Positions 41,227 through 51,040 of a stretch of 64,000 nt of DNA are shown one piece after another. The notes beneath the pieces were generated by a model. That model saw only the letters and a list, made by a program, of their open reading frames with translations. It ran no database searches and had not been told where the DNA came from. The position numbers and the translations under genes were made by a program. Numbering within the stretch: position 1 is the first letter of the stretch; every line of letters begins with the position of its first letter. This DNA is from a virus, in IMG/VR virus record IMGVR_UViG_3300016657_000129, positions 9,346 to 73,345 of that record. One strand, 5' to 3'.

Positions 41227-41685
41227 ATGGGATTATCTCTATCTATCGATCCATCTGGTTTGCTTGCTGCTAATCAAGTACTGCAAGAAATCCAACTTAA
41301 AGTTAGCGATATTAGCGCTGCTGCCCCAGCAATTAGGTTGTTAATTCAGGAGGATGTAGACTTTAGATTTGCTAACGCTCCTGCCACCGAAACGGGTGGC
41401 GAAGTGTATGGAGGAGTGCAATGGAAGTCTTTATCTGAAGCAAGTTTTATTCAACGTCCCTACCGTCGCGGCGGACAGCTATTGAGAGACACGGGGGAGT
41501 TGATGCAATCGCTAACTGCCGAAGGTCACCCTTACAACGTGTTTTCGGTTACCAGTTCCGAGATTGTTTTTGGGACTGCCCTAGCTAAAGCAGGAAGGCT
41601 GCAAAGCGATCGCCCTTTCATTTTCTGGCATCCGATCTTGGTACAAAAAATTGCCGATTACTTGGCGGGGTGGCTGACTTTATGA
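41227..41685 (+). CDS. virion morphogenesis / tail completion protein (Mu gpG-like)
   Basis: WKSLS..R.GGQLLRDTGELMQSL..IVFGT..A..RPF. Confidence 0.8.
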   Translation: MGLSLSIDPSGLLAANQVLQEIQLKVSDISAAAPAIRLLIQEDVDFRFANAPATETGGEVYGGVQWKSLSEASFIQRPYRRGGQLLRDTGELMQSLTAEGHPYNVFSVTSSEIVFGTALAKAGRLQSDRPFIFWHPILVQKIADYLAGWLTL

Positions 41686-42140
41686 GCGAACCCAATCCCG
41701 CAATCGATTCGAGTTGCTTGGCGATCGCCGACTACTTAATGAAGCGATTGAACATCGCTTTACAACACGACTACCCGAACGCGATCGCGGTTCGAGACAT
41801 CGTTTCTTACGATGCGGTAAATCCCGACCTAAGTCGATTTCCGTTGCTTAAGGTATATCGACTTACCGACACTTACGACCTCTATTCCAACGAAACCGAC
41901 GCGGTAATTGCCTATTGCTTAACCTTCCCCAACCAAGAACAATTACCGGGAATTTTACGTTGGGCAAGCTATCAAATAGTTTCGGCTTTGAGGGATTTTA
42001 GCGTTAGCCAAGAAAACTGCCCTGGACTCCGGCTTAATCTAGATCAAATACTAAAAGCTGAATACAGGATTATGGTTAACGAAGTAGCAAATCCGGTCTA
42101 CGCATTTCTAAGGATTAACTTTCAATTTAAGGAGAATTAA
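41682..42140 (+). CDS. tail terminator-like protein
   Basis: Size and position before the major tail gene. Confidence 0.5.
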   Translation: MSEPNPAIDSSCLAIADYLMKRLNIALQHDYPNAIAVRDIVSYDAVNPDLSRFPLLKVYRLTDTYDLYSNETDAVIAYCLTFPNQEQLPGILRWASYQIVSALRDFSVSQENCPGLRLNLDQILKAEYRIMVNEVANPVYAFLRINFQFKEN

Positions 42141-42142
42141 AA

Positions 42143-42961
42143 ATGGTTGCAACAGCAGAAAAGCAATATACAAAAAAATGGGATGGTATTGTCGGTGTAA
42201 CGATTAGAGATTTAACCGACGACATTATTCACGCCTTGCGGATTCCAATGGATATGGAGCTGAACGAAAATCCCGAAGTTGAAAAGATGAAGGCTCCTAA
42301 CTTGTTAGGAAGAGAAGCAACGATTGGGTTAAATCAAAAAGGCGTCGATCCAGAACTAACTCTGACTTACTCAGGTAGAAACACCGAACTGTACGCGCTC
42401 AGTCGCGGCAGAAAAATGATCGCAACAGCAAACCTTGCAGGGTTCATCCCCCGCAACATGCAAGTTTCTCGCGACACTTACGCTGCGGTTGCCTCTGGAA
42501 AGTTAGGATTTGGAGTTGCTGAGGATGCCGATGTTGAAGGCTCGGCAATTAGCGGCACTTCGGGTTTAAGGATTTCGCTCACCCGCCAACCTTTTGCGAC
42601 TTTCGATCCCATAACCCCCAACAGCTTTGCAATTGGCGCTAACTTTGCCAGAAAATTTAGCAACGACTTAGTGACAAGACGCGCTTACGTTCATTTGTTG
42701 ATTCCCAATACTTTTACCAACGTGCGGGAAGTGTCGGAAGAGGTTTTAGGGCCACAAGAAATTATCGCGTTAATTCGCAATAGCGACGACGCAACTCTAA
42801 CTTACGTAACCGCGCCTAACGCTACTATCGATCCTTCTGGAAACGCTATTAACCCTAAAGCCGATAATACGGCAATTAAATTTATCCTCAGCAGCGCTGG
42901 GCGATGCGAAGCGTTTTCCATATTTGACGTAGACCAAGAATTATTCTGCGATGCTGCGTAA
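42143..42961 (+). CDS. major tail tube protein
   Basis: 272 aa; AAGGAG RBS; precedes the chaperone pair. Confidence 0.65.
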   Translation: MVATAEKQYTKKWDGIVGVTIRDLTDDIIHALRIPMDMELNENPEVEKMKAPNLLGREATIGLNQKGVDPELTLTYSGRNTELYALSRGRKMIATANLAGFIPRNMQVSRDTYAAVASGKLGFGVAEDADVEGSAISGTSGLRISLTRQPFATFDPITPNSFAIGANFARKFSNDLVTRRAYVHLLIPNTFTNVREVSEEVLGPQEIIALIRNSDDATLTYVTAPNATIDPSGNAINPKADNTAIKFILSSAGRCEAFSIFDVDQELFCDAA

Positions 42962-43022
42962 TCTAAAAGTGCGGCGCTTCCGCACTTTTGTTCGTTTTTT
43001 AGTTTCTTATATTCGTCGAACT

Positions 43023-43538
43023 ATGCCCGAACTATCTCGCCCATTTTTCAACGTTAACTATTTCAACCCAGACGGTTCGCTCCAGAAAACTCTTACTGTA
43101 ACCCCAGTGCGCTTGCGCCCCAAAAAAGGAGAACCGGGAGGACAGAAACAGCTAGTCATGCTATATCAATCGTTGCTGGAAGATTTCGCGATCGCGGATA
43201 CTTCAATCGGCGAAATGCTTGGCGACGATGCAGTGTATGAAAAAATGGCGAAGATTGCTGCAATGCTGCCCGTCGTGGGGCAACCAACGCCTGGGTTTGA
43301 CATTGAGCCATTGTTTGAATTTGATGACCGAGTGCAGTTGTGTCACATATTTTTTACAGTTTCTATGCTGCCAGACGGTAGTTACTCCTACAAAGACGAA
43401 GACGGTAACCAAGTTGGATTCAAACCTAGTCATATAGCTCGAATTCACAATTTAAAGTATTTGGGCAGGATTCGGGAAGCGATGGAAAATCTCGAATCCC
43501 TAAAAGCCAAGAAAAATCCCCCAGCAGCGGAGACTTAG
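43023..43538 (+). CDS. tail assembly chaperone (gpG-like)
   Basis: Follows the tail tube gene; contains the slippery heptamer. Confidence 0.65.
   Translation: MPELSRPFFNVNYFNPDGSLQKTLTVTPVRLRPKKGEPGGQKQLVMLYQSLLEDFAIADTSIGEMLGDDAVYEKMAKIAAMLPVVGQPTPGFDIEPLFEFDDRVQLCHIFFTVSMLPDGSYSYKDEDGNQVGFKPSHIARIHNLKYLGRIREAMENLESLKAKKNPPAAET
43451..43457 (+). promoter_or_regulatory. -1 programmed ribosomal frameshift site T TTA AAG
   Basis: X XXY YYZ in the zero frame; the -1 frame is open from 43430 to 43804. Confidence 0.7.
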
Positions 43539-43549
43539 AGATCGACTTA

Positions 43550-43804
43550 ATGGCGATGCTGCACGAAGTTTATGGCGCAGAAGGGGCGATCGCCTATTCC
43601 GAGATCTACTCCGTGCAGGATCTGAAAGCTCTCCTAGATCAAACCTACGAGCTAAGAAGAGATCCCAAGGAGCGAGAAAGCGAAGAAAGACAGCAAAAAG
43701 CTAAACAATGGGTTGAAGAGAACAAAAATAAAATATTGCGGGTTCCTACTGGGGACGGGAACTTCAGCCCCATTCCTTTAGCATTTTTCGCGGAAAGCGA
43801 TTAA
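43550..43804 (+). CDS. tail assembly chaperone C-terminal part (gpT-like)
   Basis: Lies in the -1 frame relative to 43023..43538. Confidence 0.6.
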   Translation: MAMLHEVYGAEGAIAYSEIYSVQDLKALLDQTYELRRDPKERESEERQQKAKQWVEENKNKILRVPTGDGNFSPIPLAFFAESD

Positions 43805-43807
43805 CTC

Positions 43808-44482
43808 TTACCAGCGAGCGATCGCGACATTCAACAGTCTAAAATCATCCTTGTTCTCTACCCCTACAAGCCCCGCTACAGGGGCTTTAAATGTTTGTGC
43901 GGTTCCGTAAACGCATTGATTGGTCTGATTAACTGACTGAGGTTTAACGGAATACTCAACCCGTCGATCGGTTTGATCGATGCTGTAACAATGGTTGTCT
44001 AGCAAAAATTGGTCTAGCGGTTTTTGTCCTTGGGGCGTGGCAAAGCTTTGATTTGCTGTCACTTCTGACAGGTTTCTGCCGTTGTTTAGCAACAGCTTGT
44101 ATCTGGCGATCGCTGCCACCGTACAAGGATCTACACCCAATTGTTGATAGTTCAACTCAACATTGTAAGTTGAATACAAAAATCGTAGCGGATCTCGCGG
44201 TTCCACAGGTGGTAATTCAGGATATGAATAATTTTTCTCGTCTGCATCACCTTGTGCGTTTTTGGCTTTTTCTATTTTAACAACTTGCTTATTGTTTAAA
44301 TCGCACTTCAACGCGACATAAGACATCTTGCTGTATCGGCTGCCAGATTTTTCTTGCCTAACCCAGACGCGGAATTTCCCAGAGTAAAAAGTCACCCACC
44401 AATCGTAATCGTCGGGTTCGACGTCTGCGATCGCTAAAGTAGGCGATTGCGCTACTCCCGTAGCAATAACAAGTTTTGGCAT
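43808..44482 (-). CDS. putative tail structural protein
   Basis: 224-aa ORF inside the tail module. Confidence 0.5.
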   Translation of the reverse strand: MPKLVIATGVAQSPTLAIADVEPDDYDWWVTFYSGKFRVWVRQEKSGSRYSKMSYVALKCDLNNKQVVKIEKAKNAQGDADEKNYSYPELPPVEPRDPLRFLYSTYNVELNYQQLGVDPCTVAAIARYKLLLNNGRNLSEVTANQSFATPQGQKPLDQFLLDNHCYSIDQTDRRVEYSVKPQSVNQTNQCVYGTAQTFKAPVAGLVGVENKDDFRLLNVAIARW

Positions 44483-44491
44483 AATTAACCT

Positions 44492-46651
44492 ATGACACCA
44501 GAAGAAATTGCTAGAAGAATTGCCGAATTAATTAAACAGCAGGGGATAGAAATCCCCCAAGAAACTGACGCTCAAACAACGCGCGATCGCATTATATTTC
44601 AACGTCACTATAGAAATCAACGCCGCAACGTAGATCCGAAGATTGCTAGCTTGTCGATGTTTGAGCAGGAAGCGATCGCGGCTTTGTCAGTGTTTGAGTA
44701 CGAACAAATTGCTAGTTTGTCAGTTTTTATAGAAAATCCGCAATTATTAGCTTATCTCTCCATCCTCTACGAAACCATCCAGGAAGAGCGGATCGCCTGC
44801 ACTTGCCCTACCTACAATAGGGTAGGCAATCGCTGCGTCCCGGTATGCGACGGTACAGGGCAATATGCAACTCTGCAACAGTGTCTGGCTGCTCCTGAGC
44901 CACCGTGGCCCGATCCTGCCGGACAAGATGGCGGTGGCGGCTACTGGGTTTTGTACGGAGGATATAAGCAAGGAACCCGTGGTGAGCCGTTTGGCCCCTA
45001 CACTTATCCGGCTGGTGATTGGCAAGGAGGCATTTTTTATTCCTCTCTCTTACCAAGCAATCCTTGCTCAACAGTAGGATTAAATTTGCATCCTCATTAC
45101 GCGCCTGCAAGTTTTGTGGATGCGCGCCCCGCTGATTTTCCGCCCGGTGGGAACAGAACAGCTTTTTGGGTTTATTACAATCTTCCGCTAATACCAAAAC
45201 CAACAAATGGTATTTTAGCTAGCATGAAAAATGCCATTTCAACATCGGGAACTTACGAATATACTGATGATGGTTGGTTTATTTTAATTGACTACAACAA
45301 TGACGTTTTTGTTAATGGGCAGTGGTTGTCTGGGGACAACATCGCTTATGGGATATGCTTTGTTGGAAAATATGTTCCCTATGGAAACGCTAATAATCCT
45401 CCTACACCACCAACGACTTTGTCTCGCTCTGTTGGCGGTGTGGCCTACACAATTAACTTAGCTGGAATAACTTTAATTCAAAATCGTGCTGCATTAATAT
45501 GCAGTCCTTTTAACGGTCAAGATCCGACCTGCACCGATCCTGGGAGGGGGAATCCTCCAATTAGTTGCCCTTTTCCCGAAGATAAGCGATCGCGCACTTT
45601 TTACTTAGGTGGAAGCAAACAAGGAGGACTAGAGATACACAAGCTCCACTATCAAGAGCCTTATTTTGTCTACGCGATCGCTACTGAAGGACAACTAAGC
45701 GAAACAGAAGAACTGTCTTCAAAAGAGACTGTCAAACTACTGCATGGGAAAAATAAAGACGGCACTTGGTGCGCTATTACTGAAATTAAAGTGGACAATA
45801 GATCGTTAAATAAAAACATATTTAGAAATCCTATTTTACCACCATTAGATACCCAAGATTGGAAAAGATCTACTCTTGGATATCAGTCTTTTTATCCAAA
45901 CGGCGCACCACCCGTAAATAGTTTTATTGATAACTACCGTTACACAAACAACGCTAACATTCAGTCTGCCACTGACGAGCAAAACAACCAACTAAATTTT
46001 TTAGTAGAGTTTAACGCGCAACAGAAAGTTTCTTCAGCAACAAACGGAAGCATTTTCGAGCCTTTTTTGCAAGCGATCAGAAGCAGAGACTTGATTTCTG
46101 CGCGATTGTGCATAGCGCCGATAGAAGGCTACTGGGCAAATCGATTAAAAGAAAAAGGCTTTGTTATTAATAAAGTTTTTAAACTTCCACCTGTACAAAC
46201 TCAAATAAATATAATTGGCTACAGCGGATGGGTGAGTCAAGTTAAATTAGCTCATAAAAACTCTTCTATTGGTTGCAAAGCTTTGCAAGCGACAGTGATT
46301 TGTAATAGTACTTGGCAGGGACAACCAAGTCCTTGCAGTAGAGGTTCTGGTAAGTTGTTAAGTGTTGAATCCTGGCAGCCAGGAGAAACTTACAAAATAA
46401 AAGTTGTTCCTGGCTCAGGTTTTAGTGGAGGGACGATCCAGGTTTGGGGAGGAAACTCAGGAAGTGTCTCGCCTACAAATAGAAGATTTGTTAAAAATAT
46501 TGCCGCAGGAGAAGATTTGTTCGTTAAATTTGATAGTTACAACGGCTTGCTTTTTCAACAAAGAGATCTTTCTATGGGGAATAGATGGAAAACTCTTTGC
46601 ATCAGTTGGAACAACGAGACTCAAACCGTAACCCTGGAGGCTTTTAGATGA
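44492..46651 (+). CDS. tail fibre / receptor-binding protein candidate
   Basis: 719 aa; Cys-rich linker, aromatic/Gly/Asn-rich AT-rich central domain. Confidence 0.55.
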   Translation: MTPEEIARRIAELIKQQGIEIPQETDAQTTRDRIIFQRHYRNQRRNVDPKIASLSMFEQEAIAALSVFEYEQIASLSVFIENPQLLAYLSILYETIQEERIACTCPTYNRVGNRCVPVCDGTGQYATLQQCLAAPEPPWPDPAGQDGGGGYWVLYGGYKQGTRGEPFGPYTYPAGDWQGGIFYSSLLPSNPCSTVGLNLHPHYAPASFVDARPADFPPGGNRTAFWVYYNLPLIPKPTNGILASMKNAISTSGTYEYTDDGWFILIDYNNDVFVNGQWLSGDNIAYGICFVGKYVPYGNANNPPTPPTTLSRSVGGVAYTINLAGITLIQNRAALICSPFNGQDPTCTDPGRGNPPISCPFPEDKRSRTFYLGGSKQGGLEIHKLHYQEPYFVYAIATEGQLSETEELSSKETVKLLHGKNKDGTWCAITEIKVDNRSLNKNIFRNPILPPLDTQDWKRSTLGYQSFYPNGAPPVNSFIDNYRYTNNANIQSATDEQNNQLNFLVEFNAQQKVSSATNGSIFEPFLQAIRSRDLISARLCIAPIEGYWANRLKEKGFVINKVFKLPPVQTQINIIGYSGWVSQVKLAHKNSSIGCKALQATVICNSTWQGQPSPCSRGSGKLLSVESWQPGETYKIKVVPGSGFSGGTIQVWGGNSGSVSPTNRRFVKNIAAGEDLFVKFDSYNGLLFQQRDLSMGNRWKTLCISWNNETQTVTLEAFR

Positions 46652-47229
46652 GTTGGGGAGCCTTGGCGAATGCGCTATGTATAGAGGAATTAAATTGGGC
46701 AATTTATCTACGCAAGCTTGCCGATCAAATTAAAGATTCAAAACTGAAAGAATTGCTTTTGAAACAGGCAGTTGACGAAGAAAAGCATGGAAGGATGCTA
46801 CAATCGATTGCCAGAATTGAAGGCTGTAATCCCAGAGTTGCAAAGACTAGCCGCGCTTGTGCAGATTGGGTGGTCTACGAGTCTCAGCGGCAAGAGTACA
46901 AACCCTTTAAAATAGAAGGCGGAAGATCGCGTCGTTCAACACTAAGATTTTTGCTAGGAAATAAAAGACTGGAAGATTATAGCCTTGATTGTCAAATTGC
47001 TTTTATAACTTTTGTCGAGTTTTTAGGCTTAATTTTTTACTCAGCTTTAGCAGCGATCGCTCCTCTTCCTTTAAAAAAGGTTGCCCAACAAATTGCTCAA
47101 GATGAAAAAAGACACGTGACTTACTTTCATAAGAAAAAACTGCTAATAGTTTTTTGGATGGGTAAGTTGTTCCTTGCCCTACCTATTGCCGCCGTCGAAA
47201 TTGGGAAGATAATGCTTAAAAACAAATAG
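46648..47229 (+). CDS. ferritin-like di-iron protein
   Basis: IEE...DEEKH and VEF...DEKRH: two ExxH motifs in a four-helix-bundle pattern. Confidence 0.8.
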   Translation: MSWGALANALCIEELNWAIYLRKLADQIKDSKLKELLLKQAVDEEKHGRMLQSIARIEGCNPRVAKTSRACADWVVYESQRQEYKPFKIEGGRSRRSTLRFLLGNKRLEDYSLDCQIAFITFVEFLGLIFYSALAAIAPLPLKKVAQQIAQDEKRHVTYFHKKKLLIVFWMGKLFLALPIAAVEIGKIMLKNK

Positions 47230-47399
47230 CTTGAAGCTTGCTGCGTTTTAAAAATATTTTCTACTTTCCCAAAAAGCGCGATTCTTGTCGCCTAGCACGG
47301 CAGCATATTGATACTCTGGTGGCGATATCTCTCCATACATCTCATCTTCAACAAACCACTCTGGATGTTTATCCAAGTACGCTATCACAATCGCACATA

Positions 47400-48869
47400 T
47401 TATTTATCCTGAGCATAAGCTTTCCCTGTTCTTATACTATCAAAAGCTTTCTGTAATTCCAAGCCTAAATAACCCGCATGATCTGGTCGGATAGTTGGCA
47501 CTGCCGAGCATATTTCTCGCAATAGTAACAGCGGGTTCTTCCCTGAGTATTTCGCCACTACTTCGCCGCTGCCTGGAGTAGTTTGTAAAACTACAATTAT
47601 CTTGTCCCCAAATACTTCAATCAAAAAGTTCCCGACTGGATCGCGATAATCAATTTGGCGACAGATTTGGGCGTATTGCTGAGCAATTAATCTGTCTGCG
47701 TTGTCCCAACAATCTGAGTAAATGTGGGAGGATTGACTGACAGTAATCAGTGGCCCCATCGTCAAATCGTAGTTCGACCGAGCGCATATCTGATCGCGAA
47801 TGTGTTGCTGCAATGCCCTCAGTCCCATCGCGTTCGCAGGCCACGCGCTAAACATGTCGTTACTTCTAAATGTCGCAGTCAAAGACAGCTCGCTCTCTAC
47901 CACTCTGATCCAAATATGGTTTAAGCAAGGGCTGCCGCCTTTTTCGTGGTCTTTCACGTCCCATAGCGACATAACTGCACTAGCTGCGTCGATTTCGGAG
48001 ATTAACTTTTGGATGACTTGCTCGATTTGGTCGCGTCCAAACCAGGAACGCAGCCGCTGCCCGTAAGTGTATTTCACTCCCTCTTGATAAAGCGAATCAT
48101 CCAAGATTTGGGAGATGTACTCTGCCAAGAAAGTGCGATCGCAAGGCAGGTAGTTCGGTTCGGGGAAATAGAAGTCTTTTGGTTCATCTGTAACCACTGC
48201 CATCAGGTCGATTAATTCTTGCCATTGTCCGTCATAACCTGTGGGGCGAATTGTGCCGGTTGTTTTGATGCGATGAATAATTTTCACCCAAGTTTCGGCG
48301 ATGGTTTTGCCTTCTATTCTGTGTCCGTAGCGGTTTCCGGGGAGGACGGTGGGAACGGGTTCAGACAAGGGAAATTCTAACGGCTCGCTCCAAGGTTCGC
48401 ACTTAGGTAGTTTTGCGATCGCCTTCACCTGCGCGATCGCCTCTGAAATCGCGATCGCCTCCCTCACTTCGATCGACTGTCGCAACCCTTCCAGCGCGAC
48501 GAGGGAAATTTCGCTATCTACATATCCCGTCACTTGCGACTTGATAACCCAGCAATGCTTACCCGCGTCGCTACTCCCTCCTGTAAATCCGTGCCGAAAA
48601 AAGTCTAGCAGGCATTCGCACCCGCCAGCGTTGCGATCTTCCTTGGTGGCGTTGACGACAACTAAAAAGCGAACGTGGGGATTGGCGAGTAGATTTCTGA
48701 TCAAGAAGCTGATGCCTCTAGTGGGTGAGTACAGTTGCCCGATCGCGGCATATTCTTCGGGTTGTAAGTGCTTGGCGATCGCCTCCTTCACCGTCCATCC
48801 AGTCGCGATCGCGACCTGTCCCGTACCGCAGATTAATTGGTTGGGTTTGTGTTGGGGATTGTAAGTCAT
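47400..48869 (-). CDS. thymidylate synthase-like protein with an N-terminal MtrA-like domain and a C-terminal DUF4346-like domain
   Basis: SPCLNHIW, FRSNDMFSAWPAN, SHIY; ISFLIRNLLANPHVRFL; DPVGNFLI..HAGYLGLELQKA. Confidence 0.85.
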   Translation of the reverse strand: MTYNPQHKPNQLICGTGQVAIATGWTVKEAIAKHLQPEEYAAIGQLYSPTRGISFLIRNLLANPHVRFLVVVNATKEDRNAGGCECLLDFFRHGFTGGSSDAGKHCWVIKSQVTGYVDSEISLVALEGLRQSIEVREAIAISEAIAQVKAIAKLPKCEPWSEPLEFPLSEPVPTVLPGNRYGHRIEGKTIAETWVKIIHRIKTTGTIRPTGYDGQWQELIDLMAVVTDEPKDFYFPEPNYLPCDRTFLAEYISQILDDSLYQEGVKYTYGQRLRSWFGRDQIEQVIQKLISEIDAASAVMSLWDVKDHEKGGSPCLNHIWIRVVESELSLTATFRSNDMFSAWPANAMGLRALQQHIRDQICARSNYDLTMGPLITVSQSSHIYSDCWDNADRLIAQQYAQICRQIDYRDPVGNFLIEVFGDKIIVVLQTTPGSGEVVAKYSGKNPLLLLREICSAVPTIRPDHAGYLGLELQKAFDSIRTGKAYAQDK

Positions 48870-49297
48870 GCGACGATAGGGCGAGGCAATAAGTTGACTT
48901 CTATCTGACACGTTTCGTAGGCGATCGCGAGCAAACTCTGCTCGCGATCCTCAAGCGCGGTTTTCTGGCAATCACCATCGTCCCACTCTTGAAGTTCGAT
49001 CCGATCGACGAACCTGCCCGTATGGGTAAATAAAAATATTTGGTTTGCGTTTTTAGGCGCTTTTTCTAGCAGGTAATACGTCGTTGCGGAAATCGCGATC
49101 GCCTTCTCCACAGATCGATCTTTCATCGCAGGCACTCGCAGTGTCGCCGTCCCTAGCAATAGCTCAGAGTTATCGCGCATTCTGGTTTTAATCTCCGCCT
49201 GAAACATTGCAAACTTTGGCGGTTCCGCGTGTTTTTTTCCAAAACCTTTTTGAGCCTGACGTTCAGCTATTTGTAGATCTATTTGTTCGTAATTCAT
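48866..49297 (-). CDS. hypothetical protein
   Basis: ATGA-coupled operon member. Confidence 0.55.
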   Translation of the reverse strand: MNYEQIDLQIAERQAQKGFGKKHAEPPKFAMFQAEIKTRMRDNSELLLGTATLRVPAMKDRSVEKAIAISATTYYLLEKAPKNANQIFLFTHTGRFVDRIELQEWDDGDCQKTALEDREQSLLAIAYETCQIEVNLLPRPIVA

Positions 49298-50466
49298 GTT
49301 AGCCCTATGTCGATTGAAACAACTTTACCATTAGGTAGCTTTAGATGCCCCGATCGCGCGATCGCGTACAAATCGCGCGCCTCAGTCACAAGGAGCAGCG
49401 ACGACTTCAAAGCCCCGACAAGATTCCTTATTCGCCAAACGCACTGCCGATGGCAACTTTGTAAAATATTTATTTTTGCAATTTCTTCAAAATCGAACTC
49501 CTTAGTGGCTTCGCTTACAAGATCTGAGAGGGCGTAATTTGTTGAAAAAGTTATACCTGGCGGTTTTCCTGGGCATAACGCGATCGCCCCCTGGTGCGCG
49601 TTGACCCACGTCTGAAACTCTGCTATCGAAGCCACCACAATCAGAGGTTTATCCAAAAATTTAGTAGCCTTCGCCACTGTTCCCGCAGGCCATTTAAGGT
49701 CAGCGAAAATGCCGTACCCTCCAAACTTTTGAGAGTAAGCGCAAACGCAAGCAACCTCGCCAATCTTCTTCAGCTTAAAGTCGTAAAATAAACAATTCGC
49801 CTCCACCTCTACCCCGTACCTCAATAAACAACGATTTTTCTGACCTCTAGCCTTGACGCTTTTTAGCGCCCCTTTCTGCACGAGCGTCAGCAAAATTTTA
49901 GATGCCCAAGAAAGCTCCAGCCCAGACATTGTTGCCAATTCTGCCGCGCTACTCCAAGGATTTTCGCGAACAATCCGCATCAGTCGATCTTCTTGGTCTT
50001 CGCGAATTTTATACCCTTTTTTTAAAAGCCTTCTGCTAACAGTTCTAACTTTACTTGCGGTCCAGCCTAGCTCTTTCTCCGCAAGATTGCGCCAGCGATA
50101 TCCACATTCAATTTGAGAAAGAACTTTTACCAAATCTTTTTCATCTTGCTTGAGGGTATCAAAAAATGAAATGGCTAGTTTTTCTTTCGGTTTTCTAGAA
50201 AGCCTAATCTTTTTTGGCTTCTCTTTGCGCTTTTTTACTCGTTCCTTCTCTGCGGAAGGCGCGATCGCTGTCGATCTGTCGATGGCAGACGCGATCGCGT
50301 TTTGTGTTTGTCGTTTCGGTCTTTCTGCGATCGCTGTCGAAAGTAGCGCGTACTTTTGGTAGCACTCCTTACACGCAACTCCCTGAAGCAACTCCCTGAA
50401 GTGTCGCGATCCAGTGCGATCGCGACAATATTCACAAAAGCCATAAGTTAGGCTAGCTTTTCTCAT
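49294..50466 (-). CDS. hypothetical protein with a Zn ribbon and winged-HTH-like segments
   Basis: CEYC..CKEC; WSSAAELATMSGLELSWASKILLTLVQKG. Confidence 0.55.
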   Translation of the reverse strand: MRKASLTYGFCEYCRDRTGSRHFRELLQGVACKECYQKYALLSTAIAERPKRQTQNAIASAIDRSTAIAPSAEKERVKKRKEKPKKIRLSRKPKEKLAISFFDTLKQDEKDLVKVLSQIECGYRWRNLAEKELGWTASKVRTVSRRLLKKGYKIREDQEDRLMRIVRENPWSSAAELATMSGLELSWASKILLTLVQKGALKSVKARGQKNRCLLRYGVEVEANCLFYDFKLKKIGEVACVCAYSQKFGGYGIFADLKWPAGTVAKATKFLDKPLIVVASIAEFQTWVNAHQGAIALCPGKPPGITFSTNYALSDLVSEATKEFDFEEIAKINILQSCHRQCVWRIRNLVGALKSSLLLVTEARDLYAIARSGHLKLPNGKVVSIDIGLT

Positions 50467-51040
50467 TATTCCTCCTTGGTTTAGAAGTTGAAGGATTTTT
50501 TACGTCAGCCCAATCATTTATTGCCGCCAAGAACCACGCAGCAACAGACTTGTTTTTGGAAAGAAATCCAGCAGCATACTCTTGGCCCTGCGGCGACAAA
50601 CACCATCGAACGAAGTCACCCAAAAATACGCGATGATGTCCATTCTCTGATTTAGAAACAAGTAGCCCAGCGCTCATCCATGCGCTAAAACTAAAAGCGT
50701 TGCTCTCAGACATCCCTAACGCTCGAAGTAATTGAGGACGGGTTAGCCAACCTCCAGTGTCTTCGTGGCGCGAAGCCCCCAACCTTTCAAGCCTTGCAAG
50801 TAAAGCTGGTTTAGTGCGACTAGGCCATTTATTTGCTCTGGCCCGAACATTCCATTCTTTGCAGAGATCGGGTATTGAAGCCATCTCCAGCAAAAGTAAA
50901 TCTTCTTCCTTTCTCCATCCAGCCCGTCGCTTGGCTCCTGGTAAAAAAATGCGATCGCACGTGCCACATCTGACCCTAGCTTTGCCGCGCGATGTTCCTG
51001 CCTTGGTCAGTATTTGGCTATTGCAATGAGGGCAATTCAT
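50453..51040 (-). CDS. Zn-ribbon plus HTH protein
   Basis: CPHCNS...KAG...GKARVRCGTC (InsA-like ribbon). Confidence 0.55.
   Translation of the reverse strand: MNCPHCNSQILTKAGTSRGKARVRCGTCDRIFLPGAKRRAGWRKEEDLLLLEMASIPDLCKEWNVRARANKWPSRTKPALLARLERLGASRHEDTGGWLTRPQLLRALGMSESNAFSFSAWMSAGLLVSKSENGHHRVFLGDFVRWCLSPQGQEYAAGFLSKNKSVAAWFLAAINDWADVKNPSTSKPRRNNEKS

Noticed and set aside
50453-51040. IS1 transposase
   Set aside because: Only an InsA-like Zn ribbon; no DDE domain or terminal inverted repeats
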